DNA of 63,706 nt, filler included, from Globobulimina sp. (GCA_003354225.1; 33 parts of 33 records of this genome joined end to end with filler, not necessarily neighbours in it), one strand, 5' to 3'. Counted from the first letter of the whole stretch, positions 38,397-50,283 are shown. The notes: generated by a model not told the origin, from the sequence alone. Program-made: numbers and translations.

Positions 38397-39509
38397 GGAA
38401 CAGTTAATTCGATTCCGATTAATGGCAGATTCGTTATCACAAACTGAATTCGGTGCGTTTCTCAGCCTTATTTTAAATCTTTGGTATTCCCAATTTCCGC
38501 TGTTTCTATAGCTAGAGTATTATGATCATAATTACAGAATACGTCTAAATATAAATATAGGTTTGCCTTAACTGTTGAACTCCTAGNNNNNNNNNNNNNN
38601 NNNNNNNNNNNNNNNNNNNNNNNNNNNNNNTTAATTAATTAANNNNNNNNNNNNNNNNNNNNNNNNNNNNNNNNNNNNNNNNNNNNATTGCCACAAATAA
38701 GGAGTATTCGCGTTTAATAATTAAGGGTGTTTTTGGCTCGTCACTGTCAGATACGTTTGTTGACGTTTCTGATGGGGATTGGATGACTCTTTCATGGCGT
38801 GTGGAGAGCAGAGGCACCTCTTCGTGAAATTCTGTTGTTGACATTGTCGAGCCAACTCCAAACTTACTTACACTTTTTGTACTTATCTGTAGCATCCTTG
38901 CGCGCGTTCTAAACAATTCTGATTGGTGATGAATCTCAATTATTAAGTGTCAGAATGGCTGACTAAATCTGTTCAAATATTCTCCAAAGGCAATTCATTA
39001 GATTTATTGAAAAAAATGTTATATATTTCAAAATTAACGACGACAATAAAAAAGAAGAAGAATTATTTCAAGTACAGAAAGTCTGTTCAATTAAAATTAG
39101 AGTCATTCTGAGACTACGAATCAATTCAAGGACAAAATCACTGAAAGTGAATAATTATTTTACTGGCAGTACTATAAAATATTAGAGTTAGGATTTTATG
39201 CAATGGGGCTTGTGAGAAATGTCTATGTAATGTTGACTGTGAGATGGTATTTTGTAAAAATTCTAAAATGGCATTGTTGCAAATTGGCGCTACAAAATAT
39301 TATATAATAAATTTTACTTAGACATAATTTGTTGGCGTTAATGTCCGATCGATTCGATGGTGAATATTAATCCAGATTTAAAATGCAGGCAATATCAGCT
39401 TAAATTCAATTGCAACGAAGTTATTAATAGTTGGTTATGCGGATTATATGTGGGCAAAGCAAATGATTTAAATTTGGATTGGATTTTAAAACTGATGTAA
39501 TTGGAATAA

Positions 39510-40035
39510 ATGCAAGAGATAGAGTTCGTAGTTCGTGCCACAAATTACTTTAGAATCGAATATAAATTATTGTCATGGTTATTTACAACCAGTTCAGATT
39601 ACATTTGGAGTCATTCCCTTTCCATATTGTTAGCTGATATATATATTTCAGTGCCTGGCCAAATTGTTTGTGTATTTTGTATTTTTGCATACAAAAGGAA
39701 ATATTTAATATAATCCATCCATTGACATCTACAAATTTTGTATTTATTTACAATGAAATTGGAGTGATATCGATTTGCCATCCATATATTTCAATAAATT
39801 TGTGATATCATCTGTACTGTTTTTGGAATTTTTTGCATCATTTGGATTCATTGCAGCTTTTTTGTATCCGTTGATAAAAAATATAGATTGGTTAATATTA
39901 ATATTGACTGCAACAGCAAGTATATCATCAATTATTATGTTGACATTTTTGCAGCTAACATACTTTTCTTATTTCCTTGTTAAAAAACTAAAGGCGTTGT
40001 CCCAACTTGTAGAATTTGAAAGAAATAGTAAGTAG
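39510..40035 (+). pseudogene. Fragmented multi-pass membrane protein remnants
   Basis: Short hydrophobic ORFs interrupted by stops; ends with FVKKL-like motif seen in other 7TM-like genes here. Confidence 0.35.
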
Positions 40036-40174
40036 TTTCGCAGCTGCAGTTGTCCCAACATGCACACCGTCAGATTTGAAAGAAAGAGTGGCATATTGTT
40101 ATAGCGACTATAAGTGTAACATTATATTTATATTTTATATTATATTCGACAAAAAGCAAGATTTATTGTGGTGA

Positions 40175-40422
40175 TTAAGGTATTGTATTACAGTTATTTA
40201 CATATAAAATCTCCGTCTATTTGTATGCATAAAATGAAAAGTTTTGATTCTGTGCAGCTAAAATATTAATAAATAGTGGCTGCATTACCGTCTCTGCAAT
40301 TTGAATGCTCAAACATTTCGCAATCCGGCTTATTGGTCGAGATCTCGAAGAAAGGCTCCAGATTTCACGATGCTATATTTTTTTATTGGAACGATAGAAA
40401 TTTCATTTTATTATTAGATATT
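40175..40422 (+). mobile_element. Solo arm of the foldback/MITE family at 51373..51826
   Basis: TTAAGGTATTGTATTAC..AAAATCTCCGTCT..GAAGAAAGGCTCCAGATT..GGAACGATAGAAATTT is shared with both arms of the 51 kb element. Confidence 0.88.
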
Positions 40423-40727
40423 ATCCCCAAGAGGAACAAGAATGCGAAGTTCACGTTGGGTTTAGAAAGAATTTTTCAATATCATGAATTATGATTTTGA
40501 AACAGAAAGTACGAAGTCANNNNNNNNNNNNNNNNNNNNNNNNNNNNNNNNNNNNNNNNNNNNTTAATTAATTAANNNNNNNNNNNNNNNNNNNNNNNNN
40601 NNNNNNNNNNNNNNNNNNNAAACACTCATCCATAGCAATGTAATTTGTTTTTTTTTTAATTCATACAAATTAAATTAAAGTTGCTCATCGAAGTGAGTGA
40701 CCTAAGTTTTTTTCATTGAAAAACACA

Positions 40728-41642
40728 ATGTCTTCGAACTCTGTCGGTGTTTCTAGAGTATGGATTGGAGAGATCTCAGACCCACCACAATATTTGTCAT
40801 TATTAGCACAACGGATTGCAACATTAGGAGGTTCATATCGGAATAAATATGAAATGCAATTTGAAACAGTTCGTCAAGAAAACAGACACATTGATTTCTA
40901 TGCAAGCAATAAAACTAAAATAAAACACAAAAATGTCAATCAAGAATCGAAAATAAAAGAAGAGGATGAAACATCATTATGTTCATCATTGATATCAACA
41001 ATCAATGAACCACAAAATGTTAGAATTGTTCCAAAAAATTATTTATCAATTTTGCAACATTCAAAACATAATCAATCTGTGTTTGTATTGTTTGATAATC
41101 ATATTATTCATGGTTCAAATCTATTAACCACACAATTCATCGATCCATTTAAATTAAAAAAAAGAACTAAAGTTATTTATGTGAATGGAGAATGTTACAA
41201 ATGGGGCGATTTCTATATTTATTTTGGTCAAATATCTTTACATAAATCACCTGCGGATTTTGTTATTATTGAGATTGAATACCAATGTTTACATTCATTG
41301 AATGTTGGAAACTCTGACAAAATATTACAAGAAACGTTTCATTTCATAATAACACCCATTCCAAAAATTATAGTTTCTTCAAATATTAAAACAAAAACAA
41401 TACAAACTGAACTTGAACGGAGTATGGACATTGACAATGATGATAAGGAGGAGGATAAAAACGAGAATGAGACAAAGGATGTGTTTTTGGAATTATCCAA
41501 TGAAAAGGGAGAGAAAATTCGATGGAAATCACAGAAAACTGTGGATTTTAGTAAACTTGATATAAACCCACAATGTAACTTTGATGGACGACATTTGTCG
41601 GCTCAATATTGTCGCGCATTTGCACAAATTGAATTGAATTAA
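40728..41642 (+). CDS. Mediator subunit Med20-like protein
   Basis: VNGECYKWGDFYIYFGQI..VIIEIEY matches Med20 (G..Y..GDF...G...EVEY). Confidence 0.6.
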   Translation: MSSNSVGVSRVWIGEISDPPQYLSLLAQRIATLGGSYRNKYEMQFETVRQENRHIDFYASNKTKIKHKNVNQESKIKEEDETSLCSSLISTINEPQNVRIVPKNYLSILQHSKHNQSVFVLFDNHIIHGSNLLTTQFIDPFKLKKRTKVIYVNGECYKWGDFYIYFGQISLHKSPADFVIIEIEYQCLHSLNVGNSDKILQETFHFIITPIPKIIVSSNIKTKTIQTELERSMDIDNDDKEEDKNENETKDVFLELSNEKGEKIRWKSQKTVDFSKLDINPQCNFDGRHLSAQYCRAFAQIELN

Positions 41643-41813
41643 TATCCTTGCACTCCAACTATAACAAAAACAAAAATACATGGCACATAAATACAGGACA
41701 ATACACAAAATATGAATAACACACATACAAAAAACAGATATCATACATATAAACTGGACAGAAAATCACATATATAATAATCAATAGAATATTTAAGTTT
41801 TTTTTTGTTGTTT

Positions 41814-42452
41814 TTATAGCTGAAATGTTTGCGAACTCATTTGTGACTGATGTTTTGTATTCGTTTTGTTTAAAATATTATGTATTTCACCAAAAGATTG
41901 TCGTATTTGCTCCAAATGATACAAGGACACCACGTGAATGTAAACCTGTCTTTTATCCCCTTTATTATCTGCAATTAATTTTGATTTTAAATATGAAATT
42001 AAAAATTGAATGCATTCATCATAATCACTGGCATTTCCATTAAAATTTGAGAATGTAAATGGTGTTTCTTTTAGTTTTGCTCTAAATAATTCCTTTCCAG
42101 CCAAAAATAAATGAAACGAGGATTGTTTCAACCAATTATTATTGGTAATAGTTTGGAAATTTTTGACTAAATTAAATGTATCCCATTTACTGTCCCATTT
42201 ATAATACGTTGTCAATGGGATTAAAAATATTAAGCCCTCGCATTTATCTTCAAATTGGCAGATCCATCGCTTGACTGCAGTACGAAACATTGGTTGGATA
42301 TTTGTAAAATGATACATTGAGCGCAAAAAAATTAAATCTTTCAGCTCATTCGCACTATTTCGCATATGATATTTCGTGGCGGATTTACGTTTTGCAGAGA
42401 AACCAATGCTTTTGGAACAAATTATAACATCTTTATGTGTGGGCACACAGTC
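41814..42452 (-). CDS. Degenerate G-alpha-like protein, 5'-partial
   Basis: KRWICQFE..LIFLIPLTTY, FQTITNNNWLKQSSFHLFL, YIHVVSLY; DVGGQ and NKxD are not conserved. Confidence 0.7.
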   Translation of the reverse strand, partial: DCVPTHKDVIICSKSIGFSAKRKSATKYHMRNSANELKDLIFLRSMYHFTNIQPMFRTAVKRWICQFEDKCEGLIFLIPLTTYYKWDSKWDTFNLVKNFQTITNNNWLKQSSFHLFLAGKELFRAKLKETPFTFSNFNGNASDYDECIQFLISYLKSKLIADNKGDKRQVYIHVVSLYHLEQIRQSFGEIHNILNKTNTKHQSQMSSQTFQL

Positions 42453-42581
42453 NNNNNNNNNNNNNNNNNNNNNNNNNNNNNNNNNNNNNNNNNNNNTTAA
42501 TTAATTAANNNNNNNNNNNNNNNNNNNNNNNNNNNNNNNNNNNNNNNNNNNNACTGAACTTATTTTAATTTATTTGACGAA

Positions 42582-43727
42582 TTACATTTCTTTTGTTTTA
42601 AATTGATTTGATTGAAATCTTGATGCTATTTTCAATTTAAATGTTCCATTTGCTTCATTTCCCTTCATTTCACTCTCTGTACACCAACGATGTAAAAAAA
42701 AACATTCCGATTTGTTGCATTCATCAGTTACCCAATCAACACAATAACTATTATATCCGACAGAAGCTTCCAATGTCCCACCATCATTACAAATGGATAT
42801 TCCATTATTTATCCAATCAATGGCCTTTTGGGCGCATACATTCTCTCTATAAACGATGGTAAAATATCTTGAATCAGACATAATTGACATAATATTATCA
42901 ACAATAATAATTTTTTCAATTTCTCCAAACTGACCAAACCATTCGTTTGATCCTAATATTTGTTGGGTGCAATATTTAGTGTGTAATCCACATACAAATA
43001 TCCGATTACTTTGCTCCATTTGCATTCGCTTTAAATCACGTAATGACAACTTACAATGAGGATGATCGTCGATATCGTCATTTGTAAAGTGTTTATGTGC
43101 TAATTCTTCGATCTTTTGATTGATTGCATTTTGTGTTTCATTTGCTTCGTCGTCATTTGCCGTGTTATTATTTGGTTGGCAATCATTGGCTTCTATAACA
43201 ATATCATTTATTTGATTGCTCACAAATTTAAATAGATTTAAATCATGCATACTATTTTTTCTGCACAGTGTAATTAAAAATATCAAACCTAAAATAAGTG
43301 TGACTGCAACTAATGATAATGGAATATACATCGCATTCTCCATTGTAATATATGTTGTTGATGTTTTATTTATGATTGGTTCAAAAGATGTTGTGTAATA
43401 TGTTGTAATTAGCTCATCATTTGGATCACAAAATTGTGTGATAATCGAATTGTTATTGTTCCACCATGTCAAACAACCTAAATCCGATAATGATAATGTT
43501 TGAGATTCTGTCTGTGATGAAATAGACCATATTGTATCATGCATGTAATATTGTTTAATCATTGATTGTTTGGAAAATGAATATAATGATAATACATTGA
43601 ATTCTGCACGAAGTAAATATTCACAATTTGATGATGCTAGGATTTGACCTCTTGATAGTTGATCATTGCACGATTTGCACATTGTGTTGATATACGTTGA
43701 ATTTTGACAGTTTGGAAAGTCTGTCAT
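42582..43727 (-). CDS. Bulb-lectin-like + TM + Not4-type RRM + CCCH zinc finger protein
   Basis: DQLSRGQILASSN..Y.L..LSLY..IWS..LSLSDLG.L; TM at aa 133-155; QSNRIFVCGL..EWFGQFGEIEKIII..LEASVG..YC-x7-C-x4-C-x3-H. Confidence 0.7.
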   Translation of the reverse strand: MTDFPNCQNSTYINTMCKSCNDQLSRGQILASSNCEYLLRAEFNVLSLYSFSKQSMIKQYYMHDTIWSISSQTESQTLSLSDLGCLTWWNNNNSIITQFCDPNDELITTYYTTSFEPIINKTSTTYITMENAMYIPLSLVAVTLILGLIFLITLCRKNSMHDLNLFKFVSNQINDIVIEANDCQPNNNTANDDEANETQNAINQKIEELAHKHFTNDDIDDHPHCKLSLRDLKRMQMEQSNRIFVCGLHTKYCTQQILGSNEWFGQFGEIEKIIIVDNIMSIMSDSRYFTIVYRENVCAQKAIDWINNGISICNDGGTLEASVGYNSYCVDWVTDECNKSECFFLHRWCTESEMKGNEANGTFKLKIASRFQSNQFKTKEM

Positions 43728-44780
43728 GATCGAAGAGTTGAAGTAGCAGTTTTCAGATTAAACATTTCGTATCAAAGTATGTGTCTTGATACATATACCC
43801 CCCCCGTGATTACATAACCAGCCCATTTGTATACATATCGATCAATATAAAGTTTGCATTGGCTTGCAAAAAACCAATTGCAAATGTACAGTTTGTATTC
43901 ACTTTGTAAACCCAAAATAGCGACCGGCCAGAGGGGGAGGGTTATCCAGTCGATTTCCGATAGCAGTGTTCGTTTACAAAAGTGTTTAGAGACATGTGCT
44001 TGTTTTGTGTCACTGCAGTCACAACTATTGAGCTAATTTTCATTGTGTTAATCACTCACCACAATAAGATGTGCATGTCTCAGAAGAAGAAGTTTAATTC
44101 GTCACACTCACGTACTGAAATCGGACGGCTCTTCTTTTATCATCACAGACATTTACTGTTACCATAATAATATGCCTTTAGTAAGAAAGAAATTGCAAAC
44201 AGACACAAATAATACTTATGATTTGTATCAAAGCAAAATCCTAATTTAATTTATGGGAGATGACATTTTATTAAATTATAAAAGATTGCATGACAATATT
44301 TAATACACAAATGATTAAAAACAATAATATTGCATACAAATACTACATTTAATATGTAAGATCAAATCAAAAACTACAAACACAANNNNNNNNNNNNNNN
44401 NNNNNNNNNNNNNNNNNNNNNNNNNNNNNTTAATTAATTAANNNNNNNNNNNNNNNNNNNNNNNNNNNNNNNNNNNNNNNNNNNNTGCCAGGATGTTTCT
44501 ACAGAACATGGTAATGTTTCCATAATATATGTTAAGTGTATGTACATTACCATATTTCTTGAAACATCCTGGACCAACAAGTACAAAAGAGAAATAGTAC
44601 ATAATATATTTATTGAAAAATACACTTTAGACAACATCAAAACATCAATACAACATATCACAGTGACTTTCTTCAATGGACCTGTTGTTGGAAGTTTGGG
44701 CCTGAAAGCAGAATAAAATTTAAAAATCAGACACAGTACTGAAAGAATGGGTGGGTGACGTTGTGGCATCAAAGTTATAC

Positions 44781-45034
44781 TAGAGATGGGCGCGGGTCGA
44801 CTTTTTGACAACCCGCCCGCCCCGCTGCGGGCTGAGAATAATCCTTCCCAACCCAACCCGCCCCACCAGGCACTTTGTGCGGGTTTACCCGCCCCGTAGG
44901 ACTTTCGCACTTTTTCTGTGGTACAACCCGCACAGCTTGAACCCGCCCATCCCCGCGAAAATGTCTCAGGCCCGCGTGGGCCGGCCCATGAACACCTCTA
45001 CGCGAGAGTGCTTGCGGGTCGACCCGCTCATCTC
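44781..45034. mobile_element. hAT-like MITE, copy 1 (right end eroded)
   Basis: Left TIR TAGAGATGGGCGCGGGTCGAC; right GTCGACCCGCTCATCTC; left flank ends ATAC and right flank begins ATAC (partial TSD). Confidence 0.75.
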
Positions 45035-45076
45035 ATACCCCTACCACACCTATGCCCTGTGTTGTGCACCTCTGAT

Positions 45077-45332
45077 TAGAGATGGGCGCGGGTCGGCTTT
45101 TTGATGACCCGCCCCGCCCCGCAAGCATTCTCAAAATACCTTTAATTTTTAGGCGCGAAGTTCAAATTTTCAATAAAAATTGTCAAAAATCGTCCAAAAT
45201 TTCGAATTTCCCTTGATTTTTGCAATTTTTTTGTGGTCCAGCCCGCAGAGCTTGAACCCGCCCCGCGAGAGGGTGCCTGCGGGTCGACCCGCAGCCCGCG
45301 GGGCGGGATAGCCCGCCCCGCGCCCATCTCTA
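45077..45332. mobile_element. hAT-like MITE, copy 2, intact (256 bp)
   Basis: TIR TAGAGATGGGCGCGGG / CCCGCGCCCATCTCTA with perfect 8-bp TSD CCTCTGAT at 45069..45076 and 45333..45340. Confidence 0.93.
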
Positions 45333-45552
45333 CCTCTGATACAGTGAGTCGGTAGGTAGGTAGGTAGGGGGTACGGGGGGGTTGTGCCCACCAGCCCCAT
45401 ACCATACATGCCCAAAATGGTCAAAACCATACCGCTTAGCGATTTTTGGAAGTCGAAAATCCTGACTTTTTCCTGACTTTTCCTGACCAAAATCCCGATT
45501 TTTCCTGACTTTTCCATAATTCATTTTTTAACTGAAAAATCACCATTTACTT

Positions 45553-45717
45553 GCCGAAATCCGGAATTTATGTGAAAACTGTGCATAATACACAAAAAAC
45601 TCACTATTGCAGGGTGGAATCTGGCCGAAATCCGGAATTTTTGCAAAAACTGGGCATAATACACAAAAATTCGCTGTTGTATGGTCGAATCTGGCCAAAG
45701 GCCAGAATTTTTGGAAA
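45553..45717. repeat. 70-71 bp tandem repeat, about 2.3 copies
   Basis: Units start GCCGAAATCCGGAATTT at 45553 and 45624; degenerate third unit at 45694. Confidence 0.85.
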
Positions 45718-46041
45718 TTTGGTCCTTTGGACACTAAATTTGCCATTAAGCAAGGAAGGTTCCCAGAAAAGCCAATTTTTCCTAAATTTTTCGGCGGAAA
45801 TCTCAGTAAAAATCCGCCGAAAATTTCGATCAAAAACCTCCCAAAACCCCCGGCGAACGCCTGCGAATTTCGCCACGAACGAATTGCGCTGAAATTTCGC
45901 ACAAGTGTACTTGTTGTACGAACGTACCACCATGCGAATTTTTAGCCGAATCCGTGCACGGCGGAAGTCTCAGTAAAAATTCGCCGAATTTTCGGCAAAT
46001 GCTTTAACGCGCCACCAACGCCTATTTTACCGTAAATTATC

Positions 46042-46318
46042 CAGAGTTGAGTAAACCGTTACTGCTGAATTTTTGCATGTTGGTACGTTCATACAACAGG
46101 TATGTCAGTGCAAAAATTCAGCAGTAACGGTTGACTCAACTCTGAGTACGAAATCGCCAAAACATATTTTCGCGTGACCCGAAATTTTTGGCGATTTCGT
46201 ACTCAGAGTTGAGTCATCCGTTACTGCTGAATTTTTGCACTGACATACCTGTTGTATGAGCGTACCAACAGGCAAAAATTCAGCAGTAACGGTTCACTCA
46301 ACTCTGAGTACGAAATCG
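46042..46318. repeat. Nested inverted-repeat array (A-B-A'-C-loop-C'-A-B'-A'-C)
   Basis: A = CAGAGTTGAGT.A.CCGTTACTGCTGAATTTTTGC (4 copies, alternating orientation); C = GTACGAAATCGCCAAAA. Confidence 0.92.
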
Positions 46319-46418
46319 NNNNNNNNNNNNNNNNNNNNNNNNNNNNNNNNNNNNNNNNNNNNTTAATTAATTAANNNNNNNNNNNNNNNNNNNNNNNNNN
46401 NNNNNNNNNNNNNNNNNN

Positions 46419-48251
46419 ACTGAAAAGGGACGTGTACAAATAATAAATAATTATATTCCGGTCCAAATATCTGACCATTATCCAAATCATACGGTTATAA
46501 CAAGTATAAATATGGTAAAACAAAAGAAGAGATTCACAAAAACAACCTGGATATTGGAAAATATGTCAATCCAAAATATCAAGAAATTCCAAGATGACTT
46601 AGCAAGCAAAGTAAAGGCGATCGAGAATATAATAAATGATAATAACAACGCTTTGAAGCATAAACCAATCAAAATCATTGCAATGATTGTAAAACACACA
46701 AAAAAGGTACTTATAAATGCAGCGCAGCATTATTTTGGACAGACAACAAAGAGATAAAAAATTTGATTAAGAAAACTAGAATTTATCACAAAAAATACAA
46801 ATCGATCATAAAATACGTACAAAACATTAGAAAGAAATGGTACTCAAAGGTAAGAACAGTAAAAAGACGATGTCAGAATGCATACATTATCGATAAACTT
46901 GGTAAAAAACGATGGGATATCTATCAAATATGGAAAAAAATGGATAAAATGAAGAGTAGAATGGTGCGTAGAGTTAGACGCAAAACGAAGAATAAACGCG
47001 ACATGAAAACAATAAACGAATATAAATCAAAGTCGTGGTATAATTTGGTACAGAAAATGGACGGTAAATGTGATAGAAACAATGATAAGACGATCGGTAA
47101 ATTAATAAAATTAAATGTGGCGATTAAGAAAATAACGAAGGAACGCAACGCCGCACTAAAATATGACGATTTTATTTTTGATGATAAGCAAAAAGCAAAC
47201 GAAATAGCAAAATTTATGAACACAATTGGCCATTTTTCCAACCCATTGCATGATAAATCCATTAAAAAATCACGAAAAAAAGCACGGGAATATGACGCCC
47301 CCTATGACTTTCAACCAAAAATATGGGCGGAAATGGACCCCGCCACGTTAACAAATTTCCAATTGGATGAGATAGCAAAATGGCGCCAAGCGTTGAGTAA
47401 ATTAGTTGGCCCATTCACAAAATCAGAATTACATTATGCATTATACAAAGCTGATCCATCCAAAGCATATCATGGAAGCGTACATCTATGGATTCTGAGA
47501 CACGCTGAGCACCAAATAGCGAATATATTATTATTAGTTTTTAATTGGTGGAAAAATAATGGTGTCATTACAAATAAAATGAATGAACGATTAATGAATC
47601 CATTGGTCAAAGGTGGAAAGGATAAGAGATTAATTGGGTCGTTACGCCCACTCGAATATGGGGTGACGATATTTAAAATATATACAATTATGGTATTTAA
47701 CCGCATAGCGGAGTATGCGGTAAAATATAAATTGTTAACTGTCCACCAATTCGCCTCCAAAATTGCATCGGGATCAGAGGATTGTTTGGCTGATATGGTT
47801 ACGGATATTGACGACATGGTTTGTAACGGTTTCCCGACCGTATTGACGTCGAACGATTCCAGCAGTGCCTATAACGCAATGTACCCCATAATAATTGAAG
47901 ACAAAATGCGTTTTCACTGTGGATTTAATGAAGATGCAATAACAATGTTTAAATCATTCACCAGCAACGTCAGATCGGTTTGCAAGGTAAACAATCAATA
48001 TTCAGATATATTTATACCATCAAACTCATTATTTTCGCAGGGCTTCATACCCGCCGGTTTTGCGTGGTGTATCTATATAAATCCCGGTGTAAGACATCTA
48101 AATGAAAAATATATTTTGCATAATGAATCCGATGGAAAAATGTTGGCGAAAATCCAGCCAAAAGTACTGATGGACGACGTAAATTTTTATATACGTATTA
48201 CAAATAATAAACTGTTAAAGCGAGATGCTGCTAATACATATAATAAAGTCA
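46419..48251 (+). mobile_element. Non-LTR retrotransposon ORF2 fragment (APE end plus divergent RT), frameshift near 46750
   Basis: SDHYP, KQKANEIAKF, PFTKSELHYAL, LVKGGKD..SLRPL, HQFA, DSSSAYN, SQG, LMDD. Confidence 0.82.
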
Positions 48252-48732
48252 NNNNNNNNNNNNNNNNNNNNNNNNNNNNNNNNNNNNNNNNNNNNTTAAT
48301 TAATTAANNNNNNNNNNNNNNNNNNNNNNNNNNNNNNNNNNNNNNNNNNNNCTGATCCATCTAGTATTGAAAAAGGGTTTGAATTGGAAGATATTTTGTT
48401 AATTGCAAAAAAAGATTTAGCTAAACGATGGAATTGGAGTTTGGAAAGTGTTGAAGAAATGGATAAGTTAGATTTTGTTTTGGCTCTGATTGATGAATAT
48501 ATACATTACCCAGTCAATGGAAGGTTTATTTCATTCAATTATTGTGCTGTTTTTAGGTTTCTTGATGCACGATATCCCGAATGGAAATCTGCTTTTTCAT
48601 CCATACAAAAGGCTATTGGTTGTTACTAATGCCGTAATGTACAATTGTCTTTTCAGTGAGTGTAAGTAATCTTAGCCATCTAAAATATTTCTCTGAAGTA
48701 TGAATATATTTTCAGTTTCCGCAGTTTCAGCA

Positions 48733-50183
48733 ATGAGACATTCAATGGCGGCACCAAAGAACGTTTATCCCGAATTTGCTGCAGAAACAGCCAGTATTTC
48801 TCACAACAGATTTAAACTTCGTGTGGCCATCGATTTTGGTACAGATGGTGTAGGTATGCTGCAACCTGTCTTACAATTAATTAAAACATCATTTTTATAT
48901 ACTTAATTAATTCAGCGTTAGCATATGCATTTGGTGAAGCAAACCATGTAGTTGCCCACGCAGAGTGGTCGGCAAAGAAATACATTCCCAAATTCAAACC
49001 TAAAACCATAATATTACTAGATGAGCATGGTAATGTTCTGGGATTTGGTAAAGATGCAAAACATACGTTACGTTCTTTCGTTTTATATTACTCGAACATA
49101 ATTAATTAACACTAATATAAAATGCTTAGATATATGGCAACTGATGTCATGAAAGACAAATGGATGCTATTCGACAGATTTAAAATGTCACTGTATGACG
49201 GTATGTCACATCATTTCCATACAAAATAAAAGCGTTGTTTAGAATGTCATGTCAACGCTTTTAACAACACCGCAATCTGTACAAAAACAACGCTTTTAAC
49301 AACAGTTTTGACAAATATATGTACAAAAAAATATGTTCTTCAAAATAACACAGGCGAACATAATGATGATGAAAAAAAGAACACCAAAAAAATTGTAATC
49401 AAAGATACATTGACAGCAACAAACGGTAAAACTGTAAAATCATCGGTTGTGTTTATTGCCGCATTCAAACATTTACAAAAACAGGCTAAGAATTACTTGA
49501 AAAGAAATAAATTGTCCAAAAGATTGTTTAAAGACCTCAAAGATTGCGAGATCCAATGGATCATTACAGTACCAAGCATATGGAACGACGATGCAAAATA
49601 TAAGATGCGACAATGGACCATCGACGCCGGATTGGTGGATTCCAACATTGATGATCAATGCAAAATAGTTTATGAACCTGATTGTGCGTCATTAGCGATA
49701 CAATATGAAATCAATAAAGTAAATTGTGCGCAGGTTCCACCACTCGATGACATAAAAAAAGCCTGTAGCAACTTTGTAAAAGGAGAGAAATATATTTTAG
49801 TGGATGCAGGCGGAGGTATGTTACTTCACTTTGCTTTGCTTATATTGCAAAGTATTGTTTGTGGATATACATAATAGGAACAGTGGATATTGCTTGCCAT
49901 GAGATAATGACTGAGAAGTGCGAATTTTGTGTGAAAGAAATATTGCCGGCGTCTGGAGGTCCATGGGGGAGCTGCTACATTGACGATAAGTTCATCGCAT
50001 TGCTAAATGATATATTCACGAAACAGTGGATTGATGAATTTAAGCAGCAGCAGCCCAATGTTTTTACAGAATTGTTGGATAATTTCCAGCAGGCTAAGAC
50101 CAAATTTTATGCCACTAAAAGAGATGCCTGCAATGTGCGCATTCCATTTGATTTTATTGGATTTATTCAAAGTAAACTTGACG
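48733..50183 (+). CDS. HSPA12-like (Hsp70 superfamily) protein, multi-intron, 3'-partial
   Basis: VAIDFGTDG|ALAYAF, PKTIILL, LFDRFKMSLY, WIITVPSIW, YEPDCASL, LVDAGGG|TVDIACH, SGGPWGS..ID. Confidence 0.9.
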
Positions 50184-50283
50184 NNNNNNNNNNNNNNNNN
50201 NNNNNNNNNNNNNNNNNNNNNNNNNNNTTAATTAATTAANNNNNNNNNNNNNNNNNNNNNNNNNNNNNNNNNNNNNNNNNNNN

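Noticed and set aside
44434-45945. Multiple overlapping ORFs of 64-158 aa
   Set aside because: They lie within MITEs and tandem repeats and have no recognisable motifs.
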